This document shows positions 61,201 through 64,000 of a stretch of DNA of 64,000 nt, piece by piece. Each line of letters starts with the position of its first letter. The first letter of the stretch is position 1. Made by a program: the position numbers and the translations under genes. The stretch is from Porphyridium purpureum (Eukaryota). The notes beneath the pieces were generated by a model. It was not told the origin of the DNA. It did not search any database and worked only from the letters and a program-made list of their open reading frames with translations. The DNA is taken from assembly GCA_008690995.1 (NCBI GenBank), contig VRMN01000004.1, forward strand, positions 992,001 to 1,056,000, read 5' to 3'.

Positions 61201-61496
61201 GTGCGCGTGTTGTCATCTTGTCGAATCACTTCCTGCCGGACCGCGAAATTACACAGCCGCAAGTTAAACTTGCACTCACGCTGCGCCTGCTGCTGCTGTT
61301 GCTGCTGCTGTTGCGCCGCGACCCCACTTTTTGCTCCGTGACTCTGCGCCGTGCTCGAATTCTGCCGCGCACTCACGCCGCCCGGCGCCGCGCCTCCCAA
61401 CCCAGCGCCAAACGGCGTTTTTCTTTGCCTGTCTGCGTCCATTTCCGCGCGCGCATGCAACACGGGATCCCGCGCGCCTGCTGCCTCGACGCTCAT
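58269..61496 (-). CDS. Multidomain C2-like / WW / Kelch-repeat / RING E3 ubiquitin ligase candidate
   Basis: C2-like blocks (KLGQCSIDL; LELHD...LGYVIIP), WW (WIRLIDSFGLEFFYNPVSGTSSWTNP), six Kelch repeats, terminal RING CVICLD...CSH..CCRVC...CPMCR; polyQ near N-terminus. Confidence 0.88.
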   Translation of the reverse strand: MSVEAAGARDPVLHARAEMDADRQRKTPFGAGLGGAAPGGVSARQNSSTAQSHGAKSGVAAQQQQQQQQQAQRECKFNLRLCNFAVRQEVIRQDDNTRTQGQNHSLPVLLEQLQQSSSANQNTASNRNASLLSQRRFSSPRDSISRAGLSGTFRSVFFGLTGPDDNRDNMLAPRPRLSGGVIDSRRNSGSSSQTPTRALVRLSVSGVLNAKGPVVLLSPLLGFGNFECSSDISVPSTAMLDRFVVTFTLKTCANETASQGDKIMHMLGQRTKLGQCSIDLRTLAVGPQRHDILLALADSQLAESYRFRLSFDSVISQITTCVFTIRKIEVSLLESAIRDEWRRHQLYAIASFLGNGKVREISSDATLRGNKLILNIPRLAARASMEELVSGQLVLELHDSSANNLALGYVIIPMIKYWQCKHKETALVVEELVGCDRHSGEQRNVIGTVRLKLSLSNAPSLSQMKGGIHTEAGITDARPLVFGVLLPSGSRTDSTLRSGLGSIGDWIRLIDSFGLEFFYNPVSGTSSWTNPHRPGSGYDQADTDAQRPLNEKILPGGISVFTMADGSTRFLHPGLASSQQLLHVDCFGDVSRPSWMSPLSIMDGHHDQSALLHGVTDNSEPMPDGGVNTDEVVSSTSAVRDTELMLLAQQARSRAVAVAQACMQTSADDVDQINPVARITDDSGCATEMKWSKLLDVGYLGEGSEGHSLIPVNGGAELYKYGGGCGRDWFNKLFAFDVNKKQWRYVVCNGPAPLARTGHCAISLAYGARMLVFGGTSRTGRLNCLDVLDVPRSTWSPVNLATAHVPSKRSRAAMCAMENGTSALLFAGREGYRFLGDKYYNDLHIFDASRVEWLAVKDRGFTRPEPRAGHIGEMINNRQLFVHGGMDDGAKFYSDSWLFDTVSMQWTRTPYPDEPSPGTRESHASALVGGAVVSYGGNGESGQLYNDVWVFNTANLRWAGVPLTTGPSPGVRTGAAMAPLDDRSLLVVGGDSGFSYLKDCTMLEVAYTSLEEVRLKTQACRERGPQSDTCVICLDRAPQAMFLWCSHYVCCRVCAAQVQYCPMCREYIYRKVLDT

Positions 61497-62543
61497 CCTC
61501 ACCACTCCCACCACCCCACCCCCCTACACCACGCTAACTCTCGCATCCCTTGCGGCTCATACCTAGGCTGCCTCCATTCTTTTTCTTCGCCTCCGCCTCG
61601 TTTGGCCCGCCGCGTTTCTGCGCGTTTTCTTTTCGTCAAGACGCTCGCTCGACACTCCACCTGACACGAGGTGTAAGCCGCGTCTACCTTGCTACAAAAC
61701 CGCGCTCGTTTTACTATGCGCGCCGATTTTGTGGCACAGGCGCAGGAGGTACAGCGGCGCGAGAAACGGCGTGTACACGCCGCCACGATGACCGCGCATG
61801 CAAGAGTGTGTGCGTGGAAGCGGGCGAAGCCGCTCCGATCGCTTCCCAACAGTTTTGCGCGTGGGTTTGGTGGAGAACAAGCAAAGACTGCGCGGGACAT
61901 AGACCGAGTCCGTTGACTGATCGGGAAGGCAAGATAACATCGCTCTGTTTCCCACGTCGCATGTAAAGCAGAAACGAATACGCGTCGACGCCTTGCTGTT
62001 CATGATGTTGTTCGAGGCCGCGCATTTACTCTCGGCGGTTCCTCAGCGACCGCACAAAGGGGTCTGTGCTGAACGCGATATGGTGACTGGGCTGCGGCGC
62101 TCCAAGTGGACGGGACGGTACACATCGCAGCGGCTGCCGTGGTTGACGAGCTCAGAAATAGCACGCAGAGCGCTTCCATAAGGCTACGCAATGTGCCGTA
62201 CGTTTGCACACATGGCGGCAGGTCCATGCGACGCCAAGTTTTTGATAGATTTGCTCGACCTCCTGGAAAGTCAAGTCGCAGACCTAGACTTCATTCCGGG
62301 TTTCACAAACCTGATTGTATCCTGCGAGGCGCGCAGCTAGCAAGCAAGCGCACGAACCGCAAGGAGGTATCTCCTGCTGGATCGCCCGTCTATCGCGTCT
62401 GCTGCATCCGAACCGGCGTCATCGCGCACCAAAGTACAGCTCGAGCAACCCTCAGCAGTTCACTGTACCGCAATCGCTGTACCTGCATCTGAACCCTATG
62501 ATCTCGCTAGAAAAAAATGCAGCTTGAGTTTCCGTGGGTTTTC

Positions 62544-62786
62544 TGTTAACGATCAACGAAGAACCCTTTTACTATTCCCCTTCCCCTTACCTTCTCTCTT
62601 TTCTTCTAGGCTTATCCGTCTGCCATCTCTGCGCGACCGCACCCACTATATAGACGCCCGCCGGGTCCTTGTTGATGCAATCTGACCACATCGAGTCACG
62701 TCACATCGGCATCCGGCGGGACGCTAGTCGAGTCACATCGCATTACACCCGCTGAATCCCCGTCACGACGTCCCGGTACGTTCGCA
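62544..62786 (-). repeat. Putative 3' LTR of the copia element (about 243 bp)
   Basis: Minus strand: purine tract GGAAGGGCGAG (62797-62787) directly followed by TG at 62786, internal TATATA near 62650, and an end ...GTTAACA at 62544. The second LTR is outside the window, so boundaries are unverified. Confidence 0.55.
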
Positions 62787-64000
62787 CTCGCCCTTCCGCA
62801 CGCCCATCGACGAGTGGGACGGGCAACTTTCCACGCGCCCCGTGCACGTCTCGCTCTCGATCGTTGGAAGCGCCCTTCCTAAGGTTGGCAATAGCACGTG
62901 TAAATGCCACTCGTTCCATCGGCTTCGTGAAGATGTCTGCGCAATTCGATATTCCGGGGACAGACACGAGGTTCGAGTCTTCTCCATCAAAAGCGTCCGA
63001 GAGGGTGGCTACAGTGACGCCGTGTGTCTTCCCGAGACTTGCCATCTTGGCGGAGTATCCTCGTCGAACGGCCTTCACCGCTGCTTCGCTGTCGCAACAC
63101 ACAGCGAGCGGTACGCGCGTTCCAACGAGCCCTCGGATTACAACTTCGGCGTTAGGAATCGTAGTTCGCATGATCCTGCCAAGGGCGGTGAGTTCCGCCT
63201 CCGCGGTGGATAATACCGAGGCCCGTTGTGCTTTCGAAAACCAATCTACCAAGTAGTTCTCTTCTCCGTTTGAGAAGTATACGCAACCGCCGGAAGTTGA
63301 CCGCCGCGTCGCGGGACAGCCTGCATGGTCGCTATCTGAAAAGGCGACTATTCGTACCTGATCTCCCAGGCGCCCCGCGCTGCCGTATTCCAAGACACTA
63401 TCCTGGCTCCCGTGCACGTACCGCACGATTCGGTCGAGAATCGCCGATGCTGCCTTGCTCCACTTGTCCACAAAGCGCGAGACATATGCGACCGAGTATG
63501 CTATTTCGGGCTTTACCGTGCGTGCGAGCCACATTAGGCGTCCGACGTGTTGCCGGCAAGTCGTACTGACTTCCGCTTCGTCGTAGAGCGCCGCCTCTGG
63601 AAATACCATGGGGGTTGCCGCATCGCGCGTGCCCCTCGTCCTCACAGTCGAGTCGCGCTCGTACTCATCTATAATGGTCTTTGCGTAGTCCGTACCATCA
63701 ATCTTTACCCTTCCGTTCGTTCTGGAAATCCGCATGCCAAGGTGAAGGACCGGGCTCTCGCCGAGCCACTGCGGTTGCTCGTCGATCACGAATTCTTGAT
63801 ATAACTCACTCATGGCATTCCGTGCCTCGTCTTTCCGCCCCGCTAAGACCACGTCGTCAACGTACATTACCAAGACGAGTCCTGCCGCGTTCCCCTCGAG
63901 GCTTCTACGGATATACACTCCTGCTGTGACCTCCACCCATCCGAGACGCAACAAGCGACTACGAGCTTCGCGCGCGAAGTCCGCTCCCGCTCTCGGTAAT
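62743..64000 (-). mobile_element. Ty1/copia LTR retrotransposon pol (reverse transcriptase + RNase H), truncated by window edge
   Basis: YVDD, VGRLMWLA..KPEIAYSV, AFSDSDHAG...RRSTSG, STAEAE, ADIFTK; frame open to the window end. Confidence 0.95.

Noticed and set aside
61550..62530. Short ORFs between the Kelch-RING gene and the LTR
   Set aside because: No recognisable domains; treated as intergenic.
1..64000. tRNA, rRNA or snRNA genes
   Set aside because: None recognised by eye; a covariance-model search would be needed to exclude small RNAs.

Overview
Gene-dense, nearly intron-free eukaryotic nuclear DNA. It is most likely a unicellular red alga of the Porphyridium type; this is an inference from MAF/MASF-type plastid transit peptides, Golgi carbohydrate sulfotransferases, compact intergenic spaces and few introns. 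About 31 protein-coding genes are supported: partial BCKDH E1-beta (missing from the ORF track), two carbohydrate sulfotransferases, a candidate mitoribosomal mL60, Abitram/FAM206A, a SOS1-type Na+/H+ antiporter, an RRM protein, an acidic membrane protein, PH-CaMKK-like and CIPK/SnRK-like kinases, three tandem TruB-like proteins, an organellar HSP90, an ornithine-decarboxylase-like enzyme, p24, a GT32 glycosyltransferase, KLHDC4, an M41/VIR3-like protein, PDI-C, a DnaJ zinc-finger protein, two phosphate translocators, a GBF1/GNOM ARF-GEF, cystathionine beta-synthase (frameshifted), an LNK-like protein, CDV3, ataxin-10, an FHA-forkhead protein and a C2-WW-Kelch-RING protein. The window ends inside a Ty1/copia retrotransposon. 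Most interesting: (1) three tandem, apparently mitochondrion-targeted TruB paralogs that all carry Glu at the catalytic Asp position; (2) an FHA plus divergent forkhead protein in an apparent archaeplastid; (3) a recurring intergenic CTGTAC/GTACAG motif, often in perfect inverted repeats; (4) a 30-bp-periodic GTCAT array in a divergent promoter; (5) an LNK-like protein. All family calls come from motif recognition by eye, with no database searches, and many start codons were moved to the first plausible ATG.
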